Assembly: GCA_004524445.1 (NCBI GenBank)
Contig: SDNP01000010.1
Location: forward strand, 22,637 to 86,636
From: Candidatus Thorarchaeota archaeon
GTDB taxonomy: Archaea > Asgardarchaeota > Thorarchaeia > Thorarchaeales > Thorarchaeaceae
DNA: 64,000 bases
Reading direction: 5' to 3'
Positions within the stretch are counted from its first letter, which is position 1; every line of letters starts with the position of its first letter. Made by a program: the position numbers and the translations under genes. The notes beneath the pieces are model-generated. The model was not told the origin of the DNA. It worked only from the letters and a program-made list of their open reading frames with translations, and did no database searches. Shown here piece by piece: positions 9,936-19,927 of this stretch.

Positions 9936-11396
9936 ATGACGAAGGAAGAAGAGAAGGCGGAGAAGAAGGAGCTTGAGGGGTTAAGAAACCTTAGGGCTAT
10001 ATCCAACTCACTGGATTCTCCGGACTTGGGAGTTGCGTACACGGCTGCTGCTGAATTAATGCAGCACCAAGCGGCTCGCTCACTTCTCCCTAAGATAATG
10101 AGCATTCTGAATGTTGATGATTTGACACTAAGGAAACTCAATTTCAGATTTGCAGGAATGCATGCTTTTGGGCCCTATATCCCATCATTATTCCAGGCTC
10201 TTGAATCCATCAATCCAGCTGAAAGGGAGCAGGTACTTCAAAGCGTAGAGGAGGCATTTAGCAAAACGGGAGGGCCGCTTTCATCATTAGAACAAAAGAG
10301 ATGGGTTGAGGCACTCGATGAAGTCGGTCATGAACATCAAGCTACCGTCTTTGGTATAATGGCTCATCTTGGCAGAAGGGGTGCACGTTGGGTTGGCGAC
10401 AAAATTAGAAAACAAACAGAAATTGTTTCATATGGTTCAGTTCCCAAGATTCTATCATTTAGAGAAAGCACGGCCAAGAGAATGCTGAAGACACTCGCCA
10501 AGAAAGCGGCGAAAAGGAAACCCGAATTGCTCGAGTACATTTGCGGAGTTGTAGATCAGTCTACGATAGGATATCTTGCTCCATTCCTGTCTTCTGGTGA
10601 CTGGAAGACACGTGCTGAAGTTGCAAAAGCGATTGGGAAAATAGGAATCACCTCTGCATCCGGTATAGTAATGGAAATAGTATCAGACCCGGATTGGAGG
10701 GTCAAGCAAGCACTGTTAGAAAAAATCAACATCAGCGATTCAAGATTAACGAGTTTGCTGAAGATCATTGATTGTTTTGCTAACGACTCTCACGTTCGAG
10801 TTAGAGGACAGGCTGAGCGTACTCTGTTGAATTTGGGTCATGCGGCCTGTGATGAGGAGGATCTGGACGAGCAGAGAGACCGTATTATGAGGAAATTTAG
10901 ACAGCGTCTATTGGACGCTGCTACAAACAATCCAGATATTGATTCTAATTGGATGGGTGTAGAGGTTGAAGAACACCCGATTCCATATATGGCGGAGGCA
11001 GACGATTCGCAGAAGGGCATTAGCCTTTCAGATATTGCACCATCAGAGGAAGAAGCCAAGAGTGGTGGTTCAGAGCAAGCAGGTCTCCTGAGCGCCCTAC
11101 TAAAGGCAAAGGATTCGGTGAATAGCGGTCAGAAAGCTGGTAGTTCTAAGCGAGATGCACCAGACAAATTGGAATTGGATGACGATATGTCGGAAACAGA
11201 GCGATTTATGAGGCTGCTCAAATATCTGTCAGGTGGGCAAGACAGGGATGTCACACTTGAGGACCTCCACAAAAAGGCAGGAGAGGCGAACCTTACAGAA
11301 GAAGATCTAGAGGAAGCATTGGAGCAATTGGAGAGAGAAGGAACTGTATATCGATCCAAAAAGGGGGCTATTCGTAGAGTAGATATGGAACTCTGA
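9936..11396 (+). CDS. HEAT-repeat protein with C-terminal winged-helix-like domain
   Basis: DWKTRAEVAKAIG, DPDWRVKQALLE, DSHVRVRGQA repeats; C-terminal LEEALEQLEREGTVYRSK wHTH signature. Confidence 0.8.
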   Translation: MTKEEEKAEKKELEGLRNLRAISNSLDSPDLGVAYTAAAELMQHQAARSLLPKIMSILNVDDLTLRKLNFRFAGMHAFGPYIPSLFQALESINPAEREQVLQSVEEAFSKTGGPLSSLEQKRWVEALDEVGHEHQATVFGIMAHLGRRGARWVGDKIRKQTEIVSYGSVPKILSFRESTAKRMLKTLAKKAAKRKPELLEYICGVVDQSTIGYLAPFLSSGDWKTRAEVAKAIGKIGITSASGIVMEIVSDPDWRVKQALLEKINISDSRLTSLLKIIDCFANDSHVRVRGQAERTLLNLGHAACDEEDLDEQRDRIMRKFRQRLLDAATNNPDIDSNWMGVEVEEHPIPYMAEADDSQKGISLSDIAPSEEEAKSGGSEQAGLLSALLKAKDSVNSGQKAGSSKRDAPDKLELDDDMSETERFMRLLKYLSGGQDRDVTLEDLHKKAGEANLTEEDLEEALEQLEREGTVYRSKKGAIRRVDMEL

Positions 11397-11443
11397 GAAT
11401 CCTTTACAATAATGTAAACAAAATGTAATGGAGGCTAGAAATC

Positions 11444-12769
11444 TTGAGCAAGACGACAGCAATTGAAAACGCATTTATCGTTACTGCAGATGAAGAGCTG
11501 GGCATTATCGAGAGAGGATATATCCGAATTGAAGATGATAAGATAGTAGAGCTCGGAGAGGGGCAAGCCAAATCTGCTGATAATTTGATTGATGCAAGCG
11601 GATGTGTTGTAATTCCAGGTCTCATTACTGCGCATACACATCTCTACGGCATTCTTCTTCGAGGCGCATCGTTGAATATTGAACCCCCAACTGATTTTGC
11701 GCAGGTTCTTCAGCGAGTATGGTGGCCGGTGGACGAAGCACTTGATTTGAATAATGCCGAAGCAAGTGCATTATCTGCTTCCGCTGATATGTTGAGAAAT
11801 GGCAGTACATTTTTTGCTGATACTTACTCTGGCCCCAACTCGATTGAGAATAGCTTAGATGCTGTATCTAGAGGAACCGAAAAGATAGGTATTCGTTCTA
11901 TGCTTGCATTCGAAATGACTGAGCGGCACAATCATGAGGAGGCGGAGAGGGGACTTAAAGAGAGTATGCGTTTCATTAAGGAGAATAAGAAAGAGAATGG
12001 ATTAACCTCCACAATGATGAGTCTTCATGCATCCTTTACAGTCGATGATGAAATGATCAAGAAGACAGTAGATGCTGCAAAGAATCTAGAGGTTCCCATC
12101 ACTATCCATACTTCAGAGGGACTTGTAGACCTATATCATAATCTGGAGAAATATGGAGAGAGGACTATTGAGCGACTAGATCGATTAGGAGTTCTAGGGA
12201 AGCATGCAGTTCTAGCTCACTGCGTTCATGTTAATGAACACGAATTGGATTTGGTTGCCCGGTCAGGAGCCTCAATAGCCCATAATCCAATGAGCAATAT
12301 GTTGAATGCGGTCGGAACGGCGCCTGTTCCGGAAATGCTGCAAAGAGGAATTACGGTCGGATTGGGTAACGATGGCTGGGTCTACGACCCATTTGAAAAT
12401 ATGCGATGCGCTTTGACAGTGCATCGATTAGCGAACAGCAATCCAAGCATTATTGGTGAAAAAGAGGTCTTCGAGATGGCGACTATCAGTGGTGCAAGAT
12501 GTTATGGAGTTGACGACAAAATTGGCAGTCTTCAGCCTGGAAAATTGGCAGACATTGTAATACTTGATGCGACTAGGGTTCCCACACCAATCACATCGGA
12601 GAGCGTCATCGGGCATCTTGTCAACACATTTTCTGGACGCGATGTTAGAGATGTTCTGGTCGATGGAAAAGTAGTACTGAAGAATCAAAAGCTCCAAAGA
12701 TTATCAGATGAGGAAGTGAGCAGGTTGTCCCGGGAGTCTGCGAGTTCGCTTTGGAATAGGCTGAGGTGA
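11444..12769 (+). CDS. Amidohydrolase, SsnA/MTA-SAH deaminase-like
   Basis: PGLITAHTH, IHTSE, AHCVH, HNPMSN, GLGND, GKLADIV. Confidence 0.9.
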   Translation: MSKTTAIENAFIVTADEELGIIERGYIRIEDDKIVELGEGQAKSADNLIDASGCVVIPGLITAHTHLYGILLRGASLNIEPPTDFAQVLQRVWWPVDEALDLNNAEASALSASADMLRNGSTFFADTYSGPNSIENSLDAVSRGTEKIGIRSMLAFEMTERHNHEEAERGLKESMRFIKENKKENGLTSTMMSLHASFTVDDEMIKKTVDAAKNLEVPITIHTSEGLVDLYHNLEKYGERTIERLDRLGVLGKHAVLAHCVHVNEHELDLVARSGASIAHNPMSNMLNAVGTAPVPEMLQRGITVGLGNDGWVYDPFENMRCALTVHRLANSNPSIIGEKEVFEMATISGARCYGVDDKIGSLQPGKLADIVILDATRVPTPITSESVIGHLVNTFSGRDVRDVLVDGKVVLKNQKLQRLSDEEVSRLSRESASSLWNRLR

Positions 12770-12877
12770 CAGCCATCTTGATTGCTCTACTATAAGCGCA
12801 AAGAATATCCTGCGTTTAAGATACGACATATATACTCCAATCGTTATTTGAGATTAAACGCGACTGGTGTCAAGAAC

Positions 12878-13657
12878 GTGGCTGCGATTCAAATATCAGA
12901 TTTAACAAAGACATTTGGAGATGTAAGAGCTGTTGATAATATCTCTCTCGAAGTCAGGAATGGAGAAATATACGGCCTTTTGGGGCCTAACGGAGCAGGA
13001 AAAACTACAACACTAAAGGTTATCATGGGGCTTCTTGACCCAGATTCAGGTACTGCTTCTGTCATGGGCCTGAATAGTCTCGAAAATCCAGTTGAGGTAA
13101 AAGCAGTAGTCGGTTATGTTCCAGAAGAAACTGTTCTATATGAGTCGTTGACACCGAGGGAATTGTTTGAATTCATTGCATCAGTCAGAGAACTTGCGAA
13201 GGCTTCAATCAGTTCTAGAGTAGCAGAAATTGCCAAGGGTTTAAATTTTACAGAATATATGGACAAAATGATTGTGACCCTTTCTTCAGGTAATAAGCAG
13301 AAATGTCTTCTAATGGCAGCACTCATACATCGACCAAAGCTGTTGATTCTAGACGAACCATTCTCAGGGCTTGATGCAAGAGTAGTCAGAATCCTGAAAG
13401 ATGCAATACAAATCCATGTAGACAATGGCGGCTCGGTGCTCTTGAGCACGCATATAATGGAGGTTGCTCAAGCTCTCTGTGATAGAGTTGGCATTATTGA
13501 TCATGGAAAGATAATTGCAGATGGAACACTAGAAGAATTAAGAGAGCAGTCAAAAGAAGAGAGTGCTACTTTGGAACAAATATTCTTGAAATTGACTGAA
13601 CAGGTAGATGAAGTCACTGAGGGCGTAGATAACCTGAGGGAGGCTCTATCTGGATGA
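12878..13657 (+). CDS. ABC transporter ATP-binding protein
   Basis: GPNGAGKTT, LSSGNKQK, ILDEP, STH; GTG start at 12878 inferred. Confidence 0.93.
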   Translation: MAAIQISDLTKTFGDVRAVDNISLEVRNGEIYGLLGPNGAGKTTTLKVIMGLLDPDSGTASVMGLNSLENPVEVKAVVGYVPEETVLYESLTPRELFEFIASVRELAKASISSRVAEIAKGLNFTEYMDKMIVTLSSGNKQKCLLMAALIHRPKLLILDEPFSGLDARVVRILKDAIQIHVDNGGSVLLSTHIMEVAQALCDRVGIIDHGKIIADGTLEELREQSKEESATLEQIFLKLTEQVDEVTEGVDNLREALSG

Positions 13658-15294
13658 ATTTTGGCAAGAAATGGAAGCTTGCAGGCACTATAATTCGGGA
13701 AACCAGATTCAGGTCCCAACTGAGTTCGAATCCATCTTTTCGTTCTAGAGCTAAGGAAAATCCTGAACGAATTATGAAAAACGCCAAGAGGGGTAATATA
13801 ATCAGCATGGTCTTCACAACATTTCTGGTTATTATTCTCGCTGCAGTGTCATTGGCTCTCATCATCTTTGGGGATCCAGCTCAATCTCCAATCATATCAT
13901 TGGCCGTTAGCTTCGGATCCTTTCTCTTGCTAAGTTTCGTGTTGATATTCTTTCTCAATCTACTAGGGACATCTGGATTCTTTATGTCGGGTGTTGCATC
14001 GTTTCCGGCGATGTTACCCATTTCAAGAGGGGACTTGGAGGATATTGTCTTCTTTGCATTCATGCGCACATTTGCAGGGCCGTCTATCGCAATTCTAACT
14101 GTCTTCCCAATTGGCCTCTTGATATTGATTGGGCCTGTTGCATGCTTGGCTGCATTCTCCTCTTGTTTGATAACAGTACTCGCGTCATTCACAGCCCTCA
14201 TTCTCGTTGCTAAGTGGTATCACAAAAAATCTCTAGAACAACCCGGATCTACCGTTTCCACAATTGTGCGGGTACTCGCTGGAGTCATGCTCATGGTAGG
14301 CTTCATTGCTGTCTATTCAGTTGGAAACTACTTACCGGTCCTAGTAGGTATTTTGACCAACCTATCACAACAATACGGAATTGCCATCAACATTTTGCTC
14401 AGTGTTGTGTTCCCGTTTAATGTGGGATTGCTAACAGGAATCGCAACGTACGGATTACTTGTAACTCCAGAAATCATAGTGCTTTCAATAGCATCTGCCA
14501 TACTGTATTCTTTTCTGGCTGTTCGTGGTTATCGTATAGCAAGAAAAGAACTGAGAAAGACAGTTTTGGGAGGAATTGAAACCAAAGTGACTTATGAGGC
14601 TGTAGGAAGGCCACTCGACATTTCCAGTCCTACTTTGGCAATCATCAGGAAAGACATAAGGCTTGCAACACGCGATTTGGGGTCTCTAGCCATTCTGATT
14701 TTTCCCCTGATCATGCTGGTTGCATGGATACCAACTTTTGCTCAGGTGGCAGGGGGTGTGGTCAGCATCACAACTATTCTCACTCTAATGATTATGGTGC
14801 AGAGTTTCTCAGGAATTAGCATGACGGGCCTTCTAGGCGTAGACACCCAAGGTGCTTCGGTTTATGATGGACTACCACTGAGTACTATCACGAATCTCAA
14901 AGCTAAAGCTACATTGTTCACCGTTACCTATGTTTTTTTCATGGCTGTTGTATCGTTTCTTTTCGTAGTTGGTACGCCTTTTTCACCTTTCGCGATTTTC
15001 ATCCCGATTATCCAGATTCCTCTTGGCTATGGACTTGCATTAGTTGTCGGAGGAGTTCTGTTTCGAGTTGTTGGAGGAGGAAGAACAGTAGCGGTAAACC
15101 CAGTGAATAATCAGAAAGCTACGGTCATTGCACTTTTCATCGCCCTTGTGGTTGGAACAATCCCATTGCTTGGCTTGGCCCTAGGCTTGTTTCTCACAAA
15201 TGGGATACTTGTCGGACTTGGATTTCAGGGTGTTCTTGTTGCTGTCGAGATTCTCCTTGCGAGAACCATGGTTCCTAGAATGCTGATCAATTAG
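13654..15294 (+). CDS. ABC-2-type exporter permease
   Basis: About 14 TMs, LPIS and KDIRLATRD motifs; ATGA overlap with the ATPase gene. Confidence 0.8.
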   Translation: MNFGKKWKLAGTIIRETRFRSQLSSNPSFRSRAKENPERIMKNAKRGNIISMVFTTFLVIILAAVSLALIIFGDPAQSPIISLAVSFGSFLLLSFVLIFFLNLLGTSGFFMSGVASFPAMLPISRGDLEDIVFFAFMRTFAGPSIAILTVFPIGLLILIGPVACLAAFSSCLITVLASFTALILVAKWYHKKSLEQPGSTVSTIVRVLAGVMLMVGFIAVYSVGNYLPVLVGILTNLSQQYGIAINILLSVVFPFNVGLLTGIATYGLLVTPEIIVLSIASAILYSFLAVRGYRIARKELRKTVLGGIETKVTYEAVGRPLDISSPTLAIIRKDIRLATRDLGSLAILIFPLIMLVAWIPTFAQVAGGVVSITTILTLMIMVQSFSGISMTGLLGVDTQGASVYDGLPLSTITNLKAKATLFTVTYVFFMAVVSFLFVVGTPFSPFAIFIPIIQIPLGYGLALVVGGVLFRVVGGGRTVAVNPVNNQKATVIALFIALVVGTIPLLGLALGLFLTNGILVGLGFQGVLVAVEILLARTMVPRMLIN

Positions 15295-15298
15295 AGAA

Positions 15299-15988
15299 TT
15301 ATCTTGGCCGGTATCTTTTCGCTGCCAGCAACACCACCAACGCAACCACAGCGATTGTGAGCGGAGGTGCCAGAATAGTCAGGACCCTCTCAATACCAAG
15401 CTGGATATTCATTCTCGATGCTTCTCGGTATTCCAGAGTTTCATTGGTTCCCGTATCGAATAGCTTGTAGACATAGTGTGACAAGAATCCATCATCCTTT
15501 AGATACACAGCTCGAAGTGAGGCTTCGATATTAGTCAGGCTTATTCTCAAGATGTTTCTCCATTCATAACCCCAAAAATCGCTATCCTCTATGAGTTCAT
15601 AATCCACCATGTCTTCCTGTTCAATATAAGTAGATAGTAGCCACCAGTCGCCAACTGGATATGCCAAATGCTCCAAGGCTTTGTTCCAGGGTTCATCAAG
15701 AATTAGCTCAGTTCCATTCAAAAAGGATTGTTCAACTTCGACAAGGGGAATTCTGCTTATGGAGCTAAAGGTATCAGTGAGATTTGGAGTATTGATGACC
15801 CTGAGCATGACTCTATAATCTATTTTAATATGACCCGATGATTCAACGTACAACTCAAATTCGTATTCATCGCCTTCTTCAATGCCCCACCAATGGCGCA
15901 GGGCAACTACTGGAAATGCATATGAGTGCAAAATGACAACCAGGAAAATCCCAATTACCAAATAATTCTTCGTTATCTCGCGCGTCAT
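15299..15988 (-). CDS. Secreted, C-terminally anchored hypothetical protein
   Basis: Signal peptide from MTREITK (15988); WGIEEGDEYEF, YLKDDGFL, C-terminal TM plus basic tail; paralog of the upstream gene. Confidence 0.75.
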   Translation of the reverse strand: MTREITKNYLVIGIFLVVILHSYAFPVVALRHWWGIEEGDEYEFELYVESSGHIKIDYRVMLRVINTPNLTDTFSSISRIPLVEVEQSFLNGTELILDEPWNKALEHLAYPVGDWWLLSTYIEQEDMVDYELIEDSDFWGYEWRNILRISLTNIEASLRAVYLKDDGFLSHYVYKLFDTGTNETLEYREASRMNIQLGIERVLTILAPPLTIAVVALVVLLAAKRYRPR

Positions 15989-16061
15989 ATCAAACAATCT
16001 ATCAGAAAGTATACGATTTGCACAGAAAAGGGCTTCGGGTAAGCCTGCAATAAAAGAAGGG

Positions 16062-16083
16062 TAATGGGGGAAAACCCCCATTA
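16062..16083 (-). terminator. Hairpin terminator-like element
   Basis: Perfect 9-bp stem TAATGGGGG-AAAA-CCCCCATTA just after the stop at 16088, followed on the minus strand by CCCTTCTTTT. Confidence 0.6.
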
Positions 16084-16087
16084 GAAA

Positions 16088-16780
16088 CTATTTGCGTTTA
16101 CAAACAACAAGACCAATAATCACAATCGCAGCAACGCCGATGCCAACATAAAGGATGTTATCCTCTAGAAGCTGCAATATATCGTCAAGGCCTCCGCCAG
16201 GAATCGTCTCCCTAGTGACCTCAATAGACTCAAGGAGTGTATCATTCAGGGTACTCCAGGTTTCGATTCTATAATCTGCAAGGAATCCATCCGATGTTGA
16301 GTAAGCAGCAGTAATTTTGGCCTCTTCAGTTGCAGTAGTGTCCATACTCCATTCTACAGTCCATAGCCCACCAGCAGTATTGATATCTTCACCGGTAAGC
16401 TCAGGTGCAAGCAAATTCTCCAAGAGCGTAAAGTTCCCTATTGGTAGAGTGAATTTTCCGCCAACAAAGAATATTCCAATGAAAATCAATGCTGTAATAC
16501 CCATGCTGGTCCCATTCTGCCACCAGAAGTCGATATCAGGTTGTGGAATGGCATTCCAATCAGTCAGGGGATCAGGTATCGCAAGAGCAGGCATATCAGT
16601 TATATTGACATATAATCCCTCGCTTGGAACATCTTCATCAGTGCTAGTCATGGTAAAGTCGAATCGATCACCAAACTGCACACCCCACTCCAATCCTTGT
16701 GATGTGGCCGCAGCTACAGGTGAGACCATAAACATTGACACAATTGCTAGTACAAAAATCATATTTAGCGCGCGTTTCAT
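16088..16780 (-). CDS. Secreted, C-terminally anchored hypothetical protein
   Basis: Signal peptide MKRALN.., AGGAGA SD, LEWGVQFGDRFDF, YSTSDGFL, C-terminal TM plus KRK. Confidence 0.8.
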   Translation of the reverse strand: MKRALNMIFVLAIVSMFMVSPVAAATSQGLEWGVQFGDRFDFTMTSTDEDVPSEGLYVNITDMPALAIPDPLTDWNAIPQPDIDFWWQNGTSMGITALIFIGIFFVGGKFTLPIGNFTLLENLLAPELTGEDINTAGGLWTVEWSMDTTATEEAKITAAYSTSDGFLADYRIETWSTLNDTLLESIEVTRETIPGGGLDDILQLLEDNILYVGIGVAAIVIIGLVVCKRK

Positions 16781-16917
16781 TGTTGATATATCTCCTAAAC
16801 CATTCACGAATGGCTACTCTATCAATTGTACTTGACTAAAAAGGTCTTCTGTTATCAAGTAGTGCAGTATCCTTTCCGCGAGGGACAGAGTTTTGAAGGA
16901 GATTCTGTCAACGGTGT

Positions 16918-17868
16918 TTGATGAAATATCCAAATCTCGACTACAAATATGATGGGCCAATATTTGATTCTCATGCTCACGTAATCGAATTGGAGGCGCT
17001 CAAGCTATTCGTGGAAATAGGCAAGAAATACGGAACAGAGAAATCCATACTGATAGTACATAGCGATGATATAACTGCCTATGAAAGAATGTACCCGGGT
17101 CGATTTGTCTATGCCAAATATATGTCGGGGTGGAGATTGTTCACGGAAGGACCAGAACCTTCTCTAAAAGAAGTGGCCCGCCTTCGCGAAGAAGGATATG
17201 GATTAGTAAAAATGCATTTTGCGCCGTTCTGGACTGATAGATTAGAAAAAGAGAAGGTTCCTTCTGTTGACAGTCCGGTCTTTGACCCACTTTTTGATGT
17301 TCTAGCAGAGCATAATCTGCCTGTTCTGATTCACATAGCAGATCCGGACACATATTTTGAGAATCGTTATGCAAATTCCAAACAATATGGCACCAAGGAT
17401 GGACACATAGAGGAATTCGAAAACAGACTGAAACGGAGTGGTGATGTGGTATTTCAACAAGCTCATTTTGGTGCTCAGGCGGAGCCCCATCGCTTGGAAA
17501 ATTTGGCAAGGATGTTTCACCAATATCCAAACCTACATGTTGACACCAGTAGTGCTAGATGGATGGCTAGGGAGTTGGGTAAGGCACCGGAAAAGGCTAG
17601 AAAAGTGATTATCAACCATTCGGATAGAATCCTCTATGGCACCGATTGTGTTGCAAGAAGCATGGATATAGATTACTACGAAGGCAGGCATCATACTGAG
17701 AGAATGATTTGGGAAACCGATGTGCGAAACGTGCCTCTCCCATTCGTGGACCAGGATACAGTTGGCAGAGGGGGCACTTACATCAACGGACTCGATTTGC
17801 CTCTAAATGTATTAGAGAAGATGTACTGGAAAAATGCTGATACGATTTATGACTTAGAATGGAATTGA
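16918..17868 (+). CDS. Amidohydrolase_2 family metal-dependent hydrolase
   Basis: DSHAH, VKMH, LIHIAD, AHFG, VDTS, ILYGTD. Confidence 0.87.
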   Translation: MMKYPNLDYKYDGPIFDSHAHVIELEALKLFVEIGKKYGTEKSILIVHSDDITAYERMYPGRFVYAKYMSGWRLFTEGPEPSLKEVARLREEGYGLVKMHFAPFWTDRLEKEKVPSVDSPVFDPLFDVLAEHNLPVLIHIADPDTYFENRYANSKQYGTKDGHIEEFENRLKRSGDVVFQQAHFGAQAEPHRLENLARMFHQYPNLHVDTSSARWMARELGKAPEKARKVIINHSDRILYGTDCVARSMDIDYYEGRHHTERMIWETDVRNVPLPFVDQDTVGRGGTYINGLDLPLNVLEKMYWKNADTIYDLEWN

Positions 17869-17869
17869 T

Positions 17870-18280
17870 TTAAAGTCGCAATCTCTCTAGCTGCTTTTTT
17901 CTCTCCACAGCGGCTAGAAGGCGTGTTCTATCAAAGTAGACCTCGTTACGCGTTATCTTTGTGTCCTCCAGTTCAACAATGTCAATTCCAACCTCGTGCA
18001 AGACCTCTTGCCCAACAGGAATCTCACATTCCCATTTAACGATTGCACCAGTTCTTATTGGAAATACCTCAACCGGTTTCCATCTCCAATCCTGATAGAC
18101 TCTCAATAATCTCTCAAAGTATTGAAGTATATCCTCATGTCCCTGGAGTCCTTCTCGATGGGCAGGATCGGCATATAGGGCATCTTCAGAATAGAACTTA
18201 ATTAGCTCTTCCGGCTGATTCCCGGTCCAAGCAGATAGCCACTCCTTGCAGAACTCAAATAGCTCATCTTCATTCATCAT
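17870..18280 (-). CDS. SnoaL-like / NTF2-family protein
   Basis: WLSAW..FYSEDALYADP..LQG..I..YF, KITRNEVYFD. Confidence 0.85.
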   Translation of the reverse strand: MMNEDELFEFCKEWLSAWTGNQPEELIKFYSEDALYADPAHREGLQGHEDILQYFERLLRVYQDWRWKPVEVFPIRTGAIVKWECEIPVGQEVLHEVGIDIVELEDTKITRNEVYFDRTRLLAAVERKKQLERLRL

Positions 18281-18378
18281 TTTTCCAGCAATACCAAAAT
18301 GGAACGCACTACGCTATAGGATTTACGCTTCGGATAGTTTGGAAGTTCGTTCGGATATCTATGAGAATGACCCTCATT

Positions 18379-18639
18379 TCAGTAATCAGTCAATGCAGTC
18401 TGTCCTGTCTGACTTAGTTTCCAACCCGAGCCGTTTTTTTGCGGAGTGACAGTGCCCTCAGCCTGCATATTTTTCAGATGATAAAGAACCGTGCTATAGG
18501 TTACATCGATCTTCTCTGCAATCTCGGCAGCGGAGGTCCAATTATCATAATTCAAATGCTTCAAGATTTCGCTGCGGGTGATGAGCCCGGATCGGACATT
18601 CCGGATTTTGACCAGATAAGCACGTCGATTGAACTTCAG
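18379..18639 (-). CDS. Winged-helix DNA-binding protein with C-terminal PIP-like motif (probable CTG start)
   Basis: Frame is open upstream of the listed TTG (18564) to CTG at 18639 (KFNRRAYLVKIRNVRSGLITRSEIL); SAAEIAEKIDVTYSTVLYHLKNM HTH. Confidence 0.75.
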   Translation of the reverse strand: MKFNRRAYLVKIRNVRSGLITRSEILKHLNYDNWTSAAEIAEKIDVTYSTVLYHLKNMQAEGTVTPQKNGSGWKLSQTGQTALTDY

Positions 18640-18701
18640 TGTTTTTTACCCGTGAATATTTTGAATCCTTGCCTCATCACTATATCGGTTATGGATGAGA
18701 A

Positions 18702-18980
18702 TTAGTGGCGTTCTACGTCTACAAGGTCTAAGAATGCAGATGGCTCTTGATCCTCAGCTATAGGTCGAATTCTGTAGCGCTTGTATTCATGCGAGAGCTT
18801 TGCTGCAACGCGAGTACCCATCAATTTCTTGAAGAGGCTGGCCTTTTTGCCTCTCCACAGGTATACTGTTTCGTTATCATGGTCTATGACAACAATTACT
18901 TTCGAAGTGTCCAGTTGAATTGTTTCGGTGGTTATGTCCACCAGCTGTGCATCAGAGTCCACTTCATAGGCGTCCAGCAT
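18702..18980 (-). CDS. Single-domain gelsolin-like protein (Asgard ProGel-type)
   Basis: LDTSKVIVVID..VYLWRGKKAS..EDQEPSAFL matches the gelsolin repeat consensus. Confidence 0.85.
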   Translation of the reverse strand: MLDAYEVDSDAQLVDITTETIQLDTSKVIVVIDHDNETVYLWRGKKASLFKKLMGTRVAAKLSHEYKRYRIRPIAEDQEPSAFLDLVDVERH

Positions 18981-19130
18981 GATATCACTACCTTATAGTA
19001 TTCACTAGTTGCAATGACCTATATTTGATTATCTTCTATTTAGAGATTGTGAGAAGTAGAGCGTTTCTCGTGTAATACAATATAATATAATTTGGAAATA
19101 TCCTCAGTGAAATGGTAGAGTGACACTTAG

Positions 19131-19865
19131 GTGATACAAGTGAATTCTCCGGAGAGAGGAATCATAAAATTCATCGATAGAGACTCGAGGAGAATTGAAT
19201 TTGATTATGGCGGTTTCCAGCTGAATTATCCGTTGAATGCTATCCCGGAGTCACTCTATAATGCCTTAGCCACATTAGTTGATGGTTCTGAGGAGCCAAT
19301 GCAAATCTATGGGCAGATGGTGAGGAATAGTGTCTACAAGCCGGCTGTTATTTCAAATGAGCAGATTAAACCATTTGGTGTGAATGCCGCCACAAAGATC
19401 GTCAGATTGACTCTTACAGACGATGAGATTGAGAAGAGAATCAACGAGATTGAAGGTGTGATGCTCACCTTTCAAGGAAGGCCCTTTGAAGACACTATGT
19501 CACAGAGGATAGAATTGTATAAGGAGTTGCTCATCGACGATAACAAAATCGACCGGATGAGGTTGGGTGTCGCTGAAATGTTTGGCTTAAGAACGTACAA
19601 CAATTTGCTTCACGACCCTCGATGTAGTCTAGCCTTTAGCTGGTACGACTCTGATAGTGGCCAATCATTAGGATTTCAGATAAATTGCCTTGTTGAAATA
19701 GTACATCAAGGAGATCCATTTTATCGCTATATGCGTGTAATGCGCTCCTTATTTTCCAGGCGTTTCTTAGACTTGGAACATGAGGAATACATTTGTGCCT
19801 ACAAGATGTTTATTTCAGAGGTTATAGACAAAAGCCTGGCAAGCTCGACAGGTTTTTCCCACTAA
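19131..19865 (+). CDS. Pyridoxamine-5'-phosphate oxidase-like (split-barrel flavin-binding) protein, paralog 1
   Basis: TYNNLLHDPRCSLAF..FQINC motif; clearly similar to the next gene. Confidence 0.62.
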   Translation: MIQVNSPERGIIKFIDRDSRRIEFDYGGFQLNYPLNAIPESLYNALATLVDGSEEPMQIYGQMVRNSVYKPAVISNEQIKPFGVNAATKIVRLTLTDDEIEKRINEIEGVMLTFQGRPFEDTMSQRIELYKELLIDDNKIDRMRLGVAEMFGLRTYNNLLHDPRCSLAFSWYDSDSGQSLGFQINCLVEIVHQGDPFYRYMRVMRSLFSRRFLDLEHEEYICAYKMFISEVIDKSLASSTGFSH

Positions 19866-19927
19866 CCAGCAAGTGATTTATGTGATAACTGCTTATTGTC
19901 TTCCATATTAGGAATATTGAATGCATT

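Noticed and set aside
15989-16081. N-terminal extension of ORF 15299..16081
   Set aside because: Its ATG lies inside the terminator hairpin; the signal peptide begins at 15988
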